From: Planctomycetota bacterium | GTDB taxonomy: Bacteria; Planctomycetota; JACQVV01 | Assembly (NCBI GenBank): GCA_016209595.1 | Contig: JACQVV010000046.1 | Coordinates: 1-58,943, forward strand | Length of the DNA stretch: 58,943 nt | Direction of reading: 5' to 3' | Shown here: positions 1 to 8,850 of the stretch, one piece after another | How positions within the stretch are numbered: the first letter of the stretch is position 1 | Layout of the letters: the number at the start of each line of letters is the position of its first letter | Program-made: the position numbers and the translations under genes | Notes under the pieces: generated by a model | Databases searched by the model: none | Told to the model about the DNA's origin: nothing | The model's input: only the letters and a program-made list of their open reading frames with translations

Positions 1-769
1 CGGGTGGGTGGGGAGCTCCGGCCGCTGGCCGCGCGGTGGGAGGGGGCGGAGGCACGGGCTTGGCAGCGACGCCGGCGGAGGGAGCGGATGGCGCCGCCTC
101 GACCGCGCTCCCGGGCTTTTCCGGGGTCGCGCGTGCGCCCTCCGTTTCTGCGGGTCCCTTCGGCCGCACCGAAGTTGCGAGCTGCGCGCGCTGGTTGATC
201 TGCTCCAGGACGAGTGACGAGATCGCCTTCAGGCTGGGGAATACGCCCGTGCCGTTACAGGCGATCGCCTCGCAGCTCGGAGCCTTCCTCGGGTTGAGCT
301 TCTCTTCGAGCGTTTCGACGGGCAGCGCGGTCGGGAGGTCCCGCTTGTTCCACTGCATGACGAGCGGGATCGTGTCGGGGTCGATCCCGTTCTCCCGCAG
401 GTTCTTGAAGAGGTTGGTGAGGCTCTCGATGTTCTCATCGAGCTTCTCGGCCTGGCTGTCGGCCACGAAGATGACGCCGTCCGCGCCGTTCAGCACGAGC
501 TTGCGGGTCGAGTCGTAGTAGACCTGGCCGGGCACGGTGTAGAGCTGGAACTTCGTCCGCATCCCCGCCACCGAGCCCAAATCGAGGGGCATGAAGTCGA
601 AGAAGAGGGTGCGGTCGCCCTCGGTCGCGATGGAGGTGAGTTTTCCGCGGTTCTGCGGAGGGGCCTTGGAGTGGACGATCTCGATGTTGGTTGTCTTCCC
701 GGAGAGGCCTGGACCGTAGTACACGATCTTGCACTGCACCTCCCGCAGGGCGTAATTGATCTGGGCCAT
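1..769 (-). CDS. mglA: MglA-family Ras-like small GTPase; 3' end runs off the left edge; has a Pro/Ala-rich C-terminal extension
   Basis: Own translation from ATG (complement of 767-769): MAQINYALREVQCKIVYYGPGLSGKTTN...TLFFDF...YTVPGQ...NKRD. The frame stays open to position 2, so it is not in the ORF track. Confidence 0.85.
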   Translation of the reverse strand, partial: MAQINYALREVQCKIVYYGPGLSGKTTNIEIVHSKAPPQNRGKLTSIATEGDRTLFFDFMPLDLGSVAGMRTKFQLYTVPGQVYYDSTRKLVLNGADGVIFVADSQAEKLDENIESLTNLFKNLRENGIDPDTIPLVMQWNKRDLPTALPVETLEEKLNPRKAPSCEAIACNGTGVFPSLKAISSLVLEQINQRAQLATSVRPKGPAETEGARATPEKPGSAVEAAPSAPSAGVAAKPVPPPPPTARPAAGAPHPP

Positions 770-820
770 GAAGGGCGAGTCTCGGGCAGAAAGGAACGTC
801 GGGGGTACGGTCCCCCGGGG

Positions 821-1177
821 TCATCCGGTCAGGATGCGCCCCAGGTTTCGTAGTTTGTAAGCGGCTCCTTCGATCTCCAGCAGGGTGAGATCGAGGTTGA
901 TGTCGCGACGCGTGACGACCACGAGGTAGGTGGGGTCGACGTCCACAAAGATCATCTTACCGTGCGTGGCGGTTAGTACCAGCCGCGAGAAGGCGGAAAG
1001 GCCCATCCGGGCGAGGGAACGGCGCGTGGCGTGAATCGTCGCCGCCGCGAGCGCGGAGACGCTTTCCGTGTCCATGTCTGGCCCCAGGAGGCTCTTCACC
1101 ACGATTCCGTCCCGGTGGACGATGAGCGACCCCTTGACTCCGACGGCCCGGTTCAGGGTCGCGAGGATCCTCTCCAT
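821..1177 (-). CDS. mglB: Roadblock/LC7-domain protein, MglB-like GAP partner of MglA (118 aa)
   Basis: C-terminal part of ORF 821..1522 starting at MERILATLNRAVGVKGSLIVHRDGIVV. Its ATG shares one base with the upstream stop (TGATG). It lies 51 nt upstream of mglA. Confidence 0.8.
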   Translation of the reverse strand: MERILATLNRAVGVKGSLIVHRDGIVVKSLLGPDMDTESVSALAAATIHATRRSLARMGLSAFSRLVLTATHGKMIFVDVDPTYLVVVTRRDINLDLTLLEIEGAAYKLRNLGRILTG

Positions 1178-2742
1178 CACTCCTCGCCTCCTTCGTCGGC
1201 CGGCGGTCCGGCATAGCAGCGATCCACGAAGTGCCGGACCTGCCCGCCGATCCGGTCGGGGGGCTGGGGCTCGGTGAGGTAAAGCCCCAGAACGGCCTTC
1301 TCGAGGTGATAGACGAGGATCTGGCCGAAAGGCCCGGCGATCTCGGCCGAGACGAGCGTCCCGATGTCGAGCTTCTGGCTGTGGGTCGCGGCGGACCCGG
1401 CGAACTCGGCGATCCCTTCTTCGAAGCGACCGGCGCTCATGGCCTCCGTTCCGCCCTGCCCCACGGCGCGAGCTCGACGCCAATCGTCGCTCCGGCCCCT
1501 CTGCTCGCCCTGCTCGGGCCATCCTGGCCCTCGCGACGGGCTCGCTTCGGGCCGGGGCGGCCTCGAACGATTCACCGGATCGTCCTCGGCCGCCCGTTCG
1601 GCGGACATCCTGTCCGCCTCACCCCTGGCCTCCGCTCCCTCCGCGGCGGCCTGCTCGGGCCATCCATGGCCCTCGCCACGGCCGCCGCTCCGGGCCGGGG
1701 CGCCCTGGGACGATTCACCGGATCGTCCCAGGGCGCCCGTCCGCCCGGCATCCTGCCGGGCGGACCCCCTCGGGGGCTTCGCCCCCTCGGCCGGGGGGAC
1801 CGCCACCCCCGGCGCCATCCTGGCGCCCGAGGGGAAGTCCCGCTTCTCCCCCTCCCAGCCGCGGAAGGCGAGCAGCCGTCCGTCCTCGCCGAGGAAGCCG
1901 ACGGCCGAGACCCCGGACAGGTGCCGGAGCGAGTCGATCTCGCGTTCGACTCGCTCCGGGTCGAATCCGGTCCGGGCCGCGAGGCGTTTCTTCTGGGTGG
2001 TGCGCGGGGCTTTCTTCGTCCGCGTGGCGTCGATCCGGACCGTCATCTTCCCGGCGGACTCCACCTGGCGGAGGAGCTCGTCCAGGTCCTCCGTCTCCGG
2101 CTTCGGGCAGGCCGCGGCCCGGTCGAGAAGCTCCGAGAGCGCTGGATCGGCCGGCGCGAAGGTCTGGATTTGCCGGACCCGCTTCAAGCAGTGCCCGACC
2201 GCGCCGATTTCCAGGTAGAGCCGCGCCAGGGCGAGGAGCGCCTTGTAGTTCTTCTCGTTGCGTTCCGCCGCCTTTTCGAGGTGGTCGATGGCCAGGCGGC
2301 CGTCGCGGCGGTGCTTTTCGGCGTGGAACCGGGCGAGGCGGATCTCCCCCAGCACCTGGTGCGGGCCGTCGTCCGCGGGGTACTTCTCGATGGCCTCGCG
2401 GCAGAGGTCGATCGCGCGTTCTTCCTCGTGGACCTCCCGGTAGAGCGCGGCGAGCTGCCCGTAGGTCGAAGCGGAGGGCGCCGTCTCGATCTGCCGCTGG
2501 AGGGCCCGGATCTGGTCCTGGCTTTGCCTCTTCTTGAGCGAGGCGTAGAGCTGGAAGACCGCTTCCGACGCGGGGAACGCTTCCTTTCCGGCGCGCGCGA
2601 TCTCGAAGGCGCGCTCGACGTCTCCCGCGGCGATGAGGTGCTCGGCGAGTTCGACATGAAGCGCGGGGGAGGGGTTCGCCCGAAGGGCCTGCTCGAGGGT
2701 CTCGGTTTCCCTCTTCTGCCGCAGCCTGTCGAAGAATCCCAT
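1177..2742 (-). CDS. TPR-repeat protein with a C-terminal Roadblock-like domain split by a low-complexity insertion
   Basis: ORF 1177..2742. The N-terminal 230 aa are TPR-like helices. LSGVSAVGFLGEDGRLLAF and a distal ...GTLVSAEIAGPFGQILVYHLEKAVLGLYL resemble the two halves of an LC7 fold. AAGGAAG lies upstream of the ATG. Confidence 0.65.
   Translation of the reverse strand: MGFFDRLRQKRETETLEQALRANPSPALHVELAEHLIAAGDVERAFEIARAGKEAFPASEAVFQLYASLKKRQSQDQIRALQRQIETAPSASTYGQLAALYREVHEEERAIDLCREAIEKYPADDGPHQVLGEIRLARFHAEKHRRDGRLAIDHLEKAAERNEKNYKALLALARLYLEIGAVGHCLKRVRQIQTFAPADPALSELLDRAAACPKPETEDLDELLRQVESAGKMTVRIDATRTKKAPRTTQKKRLAARTGFDPERVEREIDSLRHLSGVSAVGFLGEDGRLLAFRGWEGEKRDFPSGARMAPGVAVPPAEGAKPPRGSARQDAGRTGALGRSGESSQGAPARSGGRGEGHGWPEQAAAEGAEARGEADRMSAERAAEDDPVNRSRPPRPEASPSRGPGWPEQGEQRGRSDDWRRARAVGQGGTEAMSAGRFEEGIAEFAGSAATHSQKLDIGTLVSAEIAGPFGQILVYHLEKAVLGLYLTEPQPPDRIGGQVRHFVDRCYAGPPADEGGEE
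1510..1755. repeat. Imperfect tandem duplication, period about 141 bp (47 codons), inside the linker of the TPR/Roadblock gene
   Basis: ctgctcgggccatcc(t/a)tggccctcgc...gggccggggcg...cgattcaccggatcgtcc occurs at about 1510 and again at about 1651. At protein level GWPEQ...G motifs are duplicated. Confidence 0.6.
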
Positions 2743-2812
2743 GGAGACTTCCTTAGGCCGAAGCCTGAACCTTGTTTTCGTTTTCTTTCTGAAGTCTGAA
2801 GGCTGAAGCCTG

Positions 2813-5800
2813 CTACCTGGAAAGGGCGATCAGGCGGCCGTCCTGGGTGGCAAGGAGAATCCGGTCCCCCCAGGCCGCCGGAGGACCTGCCGTCGGGGCC
2901 GGTAGCTGATAGAACCAGAGCGCGCGGCCGGAAGACGCGTCGAACGCGACGACGGAGCCGTCCTTCCCGATGGCGACGAGGCCCGGTCCCGCGACCACCG
3001 GCTGCGAGGCGAGATCGAAGTCGAACAGGTCCAAGTCGGGGAGGGCCGGCGCGGGCTTACCGTCCGCAGCGGCGAGGATCTCGACTCGGCCGCTCTCGCC
3101 CACGAGGAAGAGCGTCTCCCCGGCGGGGGTCGGGGGAACCGCGAGGCCCCGTAGTGCGATCCGTTGCCAGACCGGCTCGCCGTCCTCGGTCCGGAAGGCC
3201 TGGAGTTGCAGCTCGCCCAGGAGAGTGGGCGCGGCGACGGCGACCCGTCCCGCGGCCACGACCGGCCCCCAGGCCGGGCGGCCGGAGAGCTTTCGGCGCC
3301 AAGCGACGGTCCGGGCGGCGGAGTCGAGGCAGACGAGCTCCCCTCCCGAAAGCGCCACCACGACTCGCCCGCCGGGAAGGACGGCCGGCGGGGCCACGAT
3401 CTCGGCGCCCGGGGCCTCCCCGGTCGAGGCGAGCCAGACCGGCTCACCGTCGCCCGCGCGGTGAAACGCGACGCGAAGATCGTCCACGACGGCGGCCACG
3501 AGGCCGGCCGATTCGAGCAGGACGGGCGTTCCGGCCGTGACGCCGCCCGTGGGTCGCTGCCAGACCGCTCCTCCACTTTCCCCGATCCTGTAGAGATCCC
3601 CGGTCGCCGAGAAGTAGAAGTCCGTCCCGGCGCCCACGAGTTCGCCGGAGATTCGAGAACGTCCTTCGAGACGGAAGCGCCACTTCTCCTGCCCGCCCTC
3701 GGAAAGGGAGTAGGCGACGACCTCGCCCTTCGGCGTGCGGACGGAGGCCAGGCCCCCGGCGACCGCGGGGCCCGATTCCAGGACGGTGCCCGTGTCGTGC
3801 ACCCAGAGGGCCTGCTTGGCGAGGCGGACCTCAACCCGCCAGTCCTCCGTCCCGATCGTCCTCTCCACGGCCTCGTATCCGTCGAGCGAGAAACGCGCCT
3901 GCACCATCTGGCCGTACGGGACAAGGATGACACCGTCGGTCCCGACCCGTGCGGACGCTCCGTCCGTGAACTCCAGCCGGGCCTGGGGCGGATAGGAGAC
4001 GAGGAGGATGGGGACCTCGATTTGCTGGCGCACGAACGGCCGCGCGCCGAACTCCTTGACGATAAGCCCGACGTCTCCGAAGGCGGCCCCGATGTCGCCC
4101 TCCAGGCGATGCCGGTCCGCCTCGGCCTGGAGCTCCGCGAGCCGGAGGGCGAGCCCGGCGACCTGCGTCCGGTAGTCCTCCACCTCGCCACGGAAGTCAT
4201 CGGTGAGGGGACCGCCGAGGATTCCCTCCAGCGCGGTCAGCGCCTCCGGGAAGTCCCCGTCGGTTTCGAGCCCCCTCACCCGCGCGAGATCCTTCTCCAT
4301 CTCGCGCGAGCGGTCCTCCTGGTAGCGGACGAACTCGCCCTGCACCGCTCGCTCCCTCCGGCCGGCGAGGACCCCTGCGATCGCGAGCGGGTGTTCCTCG
4401 CGGAAGCGCGCCAGGATGTCGAGCGCCTCCGGGTAGCGTCGGGCGGCCGCCATCCCCTCCACGTCGAGGTCCCGGTATTCGGCGTAGGGACGCCACTGCC
4501 CGTACGCGACGGCCAGGACGGCCAGCAGAGCGGCGAACCAGGCGGCACGGCGCGCCCCCCGCCTGCGGGCGTGGACGGGGGAGGTCGCGACGAGCTGCTG
4601 TCTCGCGTAGTGGAGCTTCCGGTCGATCCCGGCCCGCCGCGGGTCCAGGCGCTGGATCCTCTGGTAGACGTCCACGACGCGGGACCACTCTCCGGAGGCT
4701 GCCAGGCGCGTGGCCATCGCCTCGTAGTGGACCACGGCGTTGCCGGCCGACTTGAGGTCGATCGACAAGTTGATTGCCTTTTCGCGGGCGCCGTAGTTCG
4801 ACGGGTCCGTCGACAGGATCGCCTCGACGAGCTCGTACGCGCCGGTGGCGTCGCTCTCGCGCGTACGGCGGTCGGCGAGACGCAGGGCCCGCTCGAGGAG
4901 CTTACTCGCCCTCTCGCCGACCGCCTCCACGTGGGATGGCAGGAAGAGGGCGACCGCGTCCTCCAGCCCCCGGTGCTCGGGGACCGCCTCCAGGCCCGTC
5001 TCGATGAGCTCGAAGGCCTCCGGCTCCCGGCCCTCCTCGACCAGTCCCGGGATGGCGCGCGCGTACAGGTCCGCCGCCTCCGCGGGACGCCCGAGCTTCC
5101 AGCAGACGTGGCCCTCCTCCAGGAGAGCCGTGCGGTCGCCCGGGCGGTCGGCGAGATAGCTCTCGTAAAGGACGAGAGAGCGCCGCAGCGAGTCGGCGTC
5201 TCCGGCGCCGAGCCCCCGCGCTCGCTCCAGGAGCTCGTCGGGGCCCACGAGGCGGAACACCCCTGTTTCGAGAAACTGGTGGCAGGTCCGGGCGAGCTCG
5301 AACCGCGTGAGGTAGCTCTTCTCGGCGGCTTCGGCGATCGGCGTCTTCCCGTCGAGGAGCCACGAGACGTGGGCGAAGTGCTCCCCGGACGGCGCGGAGC
5401 CCGAGACCGGCTCGAGGACTGCCTGGTCGTGCGGGATCCGCACGCGGATGAGCGTCCACTCGTCCTGCTGGCGGGCGGCCTCCATCACGACCGCGTCCAC
5501 CGGGAAGGCCGGAATCGCGCCGCCCGCGAGGCGGCGACCCGCCGAAGGGTCCTCCCGGTAGCTGAACGTCCCTTCCTTGAGATGGAAGAGCGACAGGAGC
5601 CGGTCCTGGTGCCAGAGCCGGCGGAGCCCTTCGATGTCCTGGGCCGGAACGCCAGCGTCTTTTCGCAAGAGATCGTAGTAGGACCGCCCCGTCCGGACGC
5701 GCGCGTCCAGGACCTGCCGGAGCGCCGCTTCGTCCATGAGCCCGAGGGCGAAGCACTGGTGGGGGAGCCCGGGACGGTCGTCGAACCCCCCTTCCGCGAG

Positions 5801-6004
5801 CGCGACCTCGTTCGCCGCGAGCAGCACCTCCGCTCGCCGATCCCGGGAGTTCACCGCGAGGACGCCGACCTTCCCGCCCGAGGCCAGGGTCTGGAGGATC
5901 TCTCCCAGACCCACTTTCGTGATGTTGCCGTGGAAGGTGGTCTCCATGCCTGGGTGACGCGGACCCGGGTGGGATAGGGATTCGGCCAAGCTCACTCGGA
6001 TCAT
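2813..6004 (-). CDS. Large multidomain protein: N-terminal DUF4388/PATAN domain, TPR region, one TM helix, PEGA-like domain, C-terminal PQQ/BamB-like beta-propeller
   Basis: ORF 2813..6004. Contains FHGNITKVGLGEILQTLASGGKVGVLAV (DUF4388 signature), TM AAWFAALLAVLAVAYGQW, and C-terminal W/G-rich propeller repeats. An alternative start is METTFHG at 5947. Confidence 0.75.
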   Translation of the reverse strand: MIRVSLAESLSHPGPRHPGMETTFHGNITKVGLGEILQTLASGGKVGVLAVNSRDRRAEVLLAANEVALAEGGFDDRPGLPHQCFALGLMDEAALRQVLDARVRTGRSYYDLLRKDAGVPAQDIEGLRRLWHQDRLLSLFHLKEGTFSYREDPSAGRRLAGGAIPAFPVDAVVMEAARQQDEWTLIRVRIPHDQAVLEPVSGSAPSGEHFAHVSWLLDGKTPIAEAAEKSYLTRFELARTCHQFLETGVFRLVGPDELLERARGLGAGDADSLRRSLVLYESYLADRPGDRTALLEEGHVCWKLGRPAEAADLYARAIPGLVEEGREPEAFELIETGLEAVPEHRGLEDAVALFLPSHVEAVGERASKLLERALRLADRRTRESDATGAYELVEAILSTDPSNYGAREKAINLSIDLKSAGNAVVHYEAMATRLAASGEWSRVVDVYQRIQRLDPRRAGIDRKLHYARQQLVATSPVHARRRGARRAAWFAALLAVLAVAYGQWRPYAEYRDLDVEGMAAARRYPEALDILARFREEHPLAIAGVLAGRRERAVQGEFVRYQEDRSREMEKDLARVRGLETDGDFPEALTALEGILGGPLTDDFRGEVEDYRTQVAGLALRLAELQAEADRHRLEGDIGAAFGDVGLIVKEFGARPFVRQQIEVPILLVSYPPQARLEFTDGASARVGTDGVILVPYGQMVQARFSLDGYEAVERTIGTEDWRVEVRLAKQALWVHDTGTVLESGPAVAGGLASVRTPKGEVVAYSLSEGGQEKWRFRLEGRSRISGELVGAGTDFYFSATGDLYRIGESGGAVWQRPTGGVTAGTPVLLESAGLVAAVVDDLRVAFHRAGDGEPVWLASTGEAPGAEIVAPPAVLPGGRVVVALSGGELVCLDSAARTVAWRRKLSGRPAWGPVVAAGRVAVAAPTLLGELQLQAFRTEDGEPVWQRIALRGLAVPPTPAGETLFLVGESGRVEILAAADGKPAPALPDLDLFDFDLASQPVVAGPGLVAIGKDGSVVAFDASSGRALWFYQLPAPTAGPPAAWGDRILLATQDGRLIALSR

Positions 6005-6119
6005 TGTAGATACGCGCGGGGCCGATTCAAGGCGACGCTCCGCGCCCCCCAGCCTTGGAGTGTTCTCTAGTAGCGCCGTGTTGCGCTCGCCTGGATTCTG
6101 TGACGTGCCCCGGGCGTGG

Positions 6120-7724
6120 TCAAGGCGGGCGCCGGCCCTCTCGCCGGTAGAGCGTCACACGCACATCGCCGATCGACCCGGGCCACCATTCCCCCTGTCC
6201 CGTGTGGCGGAAGCCGAGCTCCCAGAGAATCTCGCGCCCGGCCCCCGTGGGGCGAGCGAGGTAGTTCCCGGACACCTCGACGAGCCAGACGCGGTCGGCG
6301 GCGAGGAGCCTGTTTTTCCAGCCCTCGGCGTCCTTTTCGGCGGCGAGCGGCGAAACGTCATCGAGACGCCCCTCGCGGAGAGCGTAGACGAGCGGCACGC
6401 GAAGGCGCCCGGGATCACAGGCGATCTCGTCGCCGGCGGCGAGGTTTTCTTCGAGATGGCGCGCGGCGGACCGCCAGTCCTCCTTCTCGCGACCCTGGTC
6501 GATCCTGTGGCTCGCGAAATTCGCGATCGCGAGGACTCCGGCGAAGAGAGCGAAGCCCACGATTCCGGCGGCCCCGGCGCGACCGCCTCGGTCGCGCAGT
6601 CGGTCCAGCCGGTCGAGGAGCGCGCCGAAGGCGAGGAAGACGAGCGGGGCGACGAAGACAAGGTGCTTCGCCTCGAAGAGGTGGGCGCGGAACGGCAGGA
6701 CCGCGACGAGGACTGGAGGGCCGAGGAGGCCGGCCGCAAGCGGGAGACGGATCGAGGGAGACGCGCTCCTGCCGGCGAACAAAAGGCCCGTCGCGAGTGC
6801 CGCTCCGAGGAGGAGGGCGAGGGCGAGACCCGCGGCGGGCGGGAGCGGAAGGTCAGTTCCCACCGCGAACGATTCGAGCGTCTTCGGAAGCGTCCATCCC
6901 GGGAACGGGAATCCCGATCCCTCCTGGGGTCCCGCCGCCCGGAGTTCCCGCGCCCGTTCCAGGAGGCGAGGAAGCCACGGGAGGAAGGCGAACGCTGCGG
7001 CCCCTAGAGCGGCGACGATCGCCAGGGCATTCCGTCGCGGCCTCCTGAAACAACGGACGAGCGCCACGAGGCCGAGGGGGACCGCGAGGAGGACGCTGTA
7101 GTAGAAGGTATAGAGCGCGAGAGCCACGAGGAGCCCGTGGGAGGCGGCGAGCAGGGCGATCTCGCCGCGAGAGGCGCGCGCCGGGGCGGGGGGCGGGGCG
7201 GGCGGCGGAGGCGTGAGCAGCCGCATGTACGGGAGGAGCGCGGCGAGAAGAAGGAGTTCGACCGTCGCGTAGTGCCTTGCCTCCTGGGCAAACTCGACCT
7301 GGAAAGCGGAGAGCGCGAAGAGGAGGCCCGTGGCGAACGAGGCCCGCGGGCCCAGGAACGCCAGGCAGAGCCGGTAGAGAACGAGGACGGCGAGCACGGA
7401 AACCACCGCGGACAAGGAGCGCATCGCGGCCGGCGATTCGCCGAAAGAGCCCGTCCAGAGGTGGAGGCAGAGGTAGTAGAAGGGAGGGTGGGCATCGTGG
7501 CGGGCGACGGTGCGGACGACGTCGGCCAGGCTCCCTCCCGGCACGCACCGATCGAGGCTGTAGGCCTCGTCGAGCCACAGGGACCGCGATCCGAGGCCGG
7601 CGAACCGCACCGCGACCGCCGTCGCGAGGAGGACCGGGATGTGCCAGCGCGGCCGGGTCCGGGCTCCTCCGGAAAGCGGAACTCGGAAGGCGGAACGCGG
7701 AACTTCCTCCCGCTCTTCCTCCAA
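6120..7724 (-). CDS. GT-C fold membrane glycosyltransferase (family 39 / ArnT-PMT-like)
   Basis: ORF 6120..7724. Many TM segments, and an LWLDEAYS acidic motif in the first loop typical of GT39/PMT_2. Confidence 0.7.
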   Translation of the reverse strand: MEEEREEVPRSAFRVPLSGGARTRPRWHIPVLLATAVAVRFAGLGSRSLWLDEAYSLDRCVPGGSLADVVRTVARHDAHPPFYYLCLHLWTGSFGESPAAMRSLSAVVSVLAVLVLYRLCLAFLGPRASFATGLLFALSAFQVEFAQEARHYATVELLLLAALLPYMRLLTPPPPAPPPAPARASRGEIALLAASHGLLVALALYTFYYSVLLAVPLGLVALVRCFRRPRRNALAIVAALGAAAFAFLPWLPRLLERARELRAAGPQEGSGFPFPGWTLPKTLESFAVGTDLPLPPAAGLALALLLGAALATGLLFAGRSASPSIRLPLAAGLLGPPVLVAVLPFRAHLFEAKHLVFVAPLVFLAFGALLDRLDRLRDRGGRAGAAGIVGFALFAGVLAIANFASHRIDQGREKEDWRSAARHLEENLAAGDEIACDPGRLRVPLVYALREGRLDDVSPLAAEKDAEGWKNRLLAADRVWLVEVSGNYLARPTGAGREILWELGFRHTGQGEWWPGSIGDVRVTLYRREGRRPP

Positions 7725-8456
7725 CTAGTCCTCCTCGCACTCCCTCCAGTAGGCCGCCAGATCGAACGCGAGGCCGGGAATCGCCCGCGAGCGGACGATC
7801 TCCTTCTCGGACCGGATCTCCTCCCACCCCGTGCCCTGGGCGTTTCTCGCGAGGAATAGCCCCCCGCGCGGCGGGATGGTGCAGCTCGAGTGCCGGACGG
7901 CGGGGTTGAGGAGCCAGTACTCGGGCACGCCCGACTCGAGGTAGCTACGCATCTTGTCCACCTTGTCCGCCCTGCCTAGCCCGAGATCCTGCCGCCACGT
8001 GTCGCGGGAGAGGATCTCGACCACGAGGAGGACTCCGTCCGGCGCGAAATCGGTTCCTCCCCGGGGAGTGCGGACATAACCGGGTTTCCGACCGAAGCAG
8101 GCCACGTCGGGGGCAAGCGTCTTGGGTCCCAGGAAAGACTCCCGGAGGAGCTTGCCGCGCAGGTTATAGATGTGAGAGAACGCGATCGAGCGCTCGTGCA
8201 GGACGCGATAGGGTCGCGTAAGGAGCCCTCGCAGAAGGGGCGCCAAAATGCAGAGCGGAAATCCGTGGAATCTCGCGTCGTCCGGACTCATGAGGATGAG
8301 CCTCCCCGCCTCGTCCCGGGAGTAGCGGTTCCCGTCCGGCGGGATGGCCAGGAGGTCCGCGAGATCGATGTAGGAACCCAGCTGGTAGCGGTCGCTCGCA
8401 AGGCCTGTCGTCATGGCGTCTTGAGTATACCTTTCCTTGAAGCTCCCCGGGAGCAT
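7725..8456 (-). CDS. Uma2-family (DUF820) putative endonuclease
   Basis: ORF 7725..8456. PDVACF...PDGVLLVVEILS...DKVDKMRSYLESGVPEYWLLNP matches the PD-(D/E)xK Uma2 pattern. Its stop abuts the start of the downstream GT gene. Confidence 0.7.
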   Translation of the reverse strand: MLPGSFKERYTQDAMTTGLASDRYQLGSYIDLADLLAIPPDGNRYSRDEAGRLILMSPDDARFHGFPLCILAPLLRGLLTRPYRVLHERSIAFSHIYNLRGKLLRESFLGPKTLAPDVACFGRKPGYVRTPRGGTDFAPDGVLLVVEILSRDTWRQDLGLGRADKVDKMRSYLESGVPEYWLLNPAVRHSSCTIPPRGGLFLARNAQGTGWEEIRSEKEIVRSRAIPGLAFDLAAYWRECEED

Positions 8457-8531
8457 GTGCTACACTCCTACTTCGAAGGGAACGAAAAGGGTTCTTCGCG
8501 AGGCGGGGGAAAAAGGAGAGGTAGCGAGAGC

Positions 8532-8840
8532 ATGATCCATTACACCTGCGACGTCTGCGGGAAGGACCTCGTGGTGGAAGAGGACGCGCGCTTCGAGGTC
8601 AGGATCGAGGTCAAGATCGCCTGCGAACCGAAAGGGGAAAGCTCGGACGACCCCGAGGAGGACTTCGACGCGCAGGTGTCGGACATCCTCGAGTTGATGC
8701 AGGGCGTCGACAAGGCCGATCTGGAGCGCGGCGTCTACAAGTCCTTCCGGTACGATCTGTGCGCGGACTGCAAGGAATCCTACCTGGAGGACCCCCTTTT
8801 CCGCCGCCGCGTCCTGCGCTTGCAGCACTCGGAAAACTGA
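8532..8840 (+). CDS. Small zinc-ribbon protein (CxxC...CxxC) with an acidic centre
   Basis: In-frame ATG at 8532 within ORF 8172..8840: MIHYTCDVCGKDL...YDLCADCKESY. Confidence 0.55.
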   Translation: MIHYTCDVCGKDLVVEEDARFEVRIEVKIACEPKGESSDDPEEDFDAQVSDILELMQGVDKADLERGVYKSFRYDLCADCKESYLEDPLFRRRVLRLQHSEN

Positions 8841-8850
8841 TCTCGCGTCC

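Noticed and set aside
1231-2799. Long plus-strand ORF (522 aa) fully overlapping the TPR/Roadblock gene. Similar long antisense ORFs: 3164..5977, 11599..14664, 15738..17807, 20060..21859, 23577..25070, 38353..42291, 47293..50064, 54939..57512, 57742..58842.
   Set aside because: Their translations are Arg/Pro/Gly/Ala-rich low-complexity with no motifs, while the opposite strand carries clearly recognisable proteins. These are typical shadow ORFs of 70 % GC DNA.
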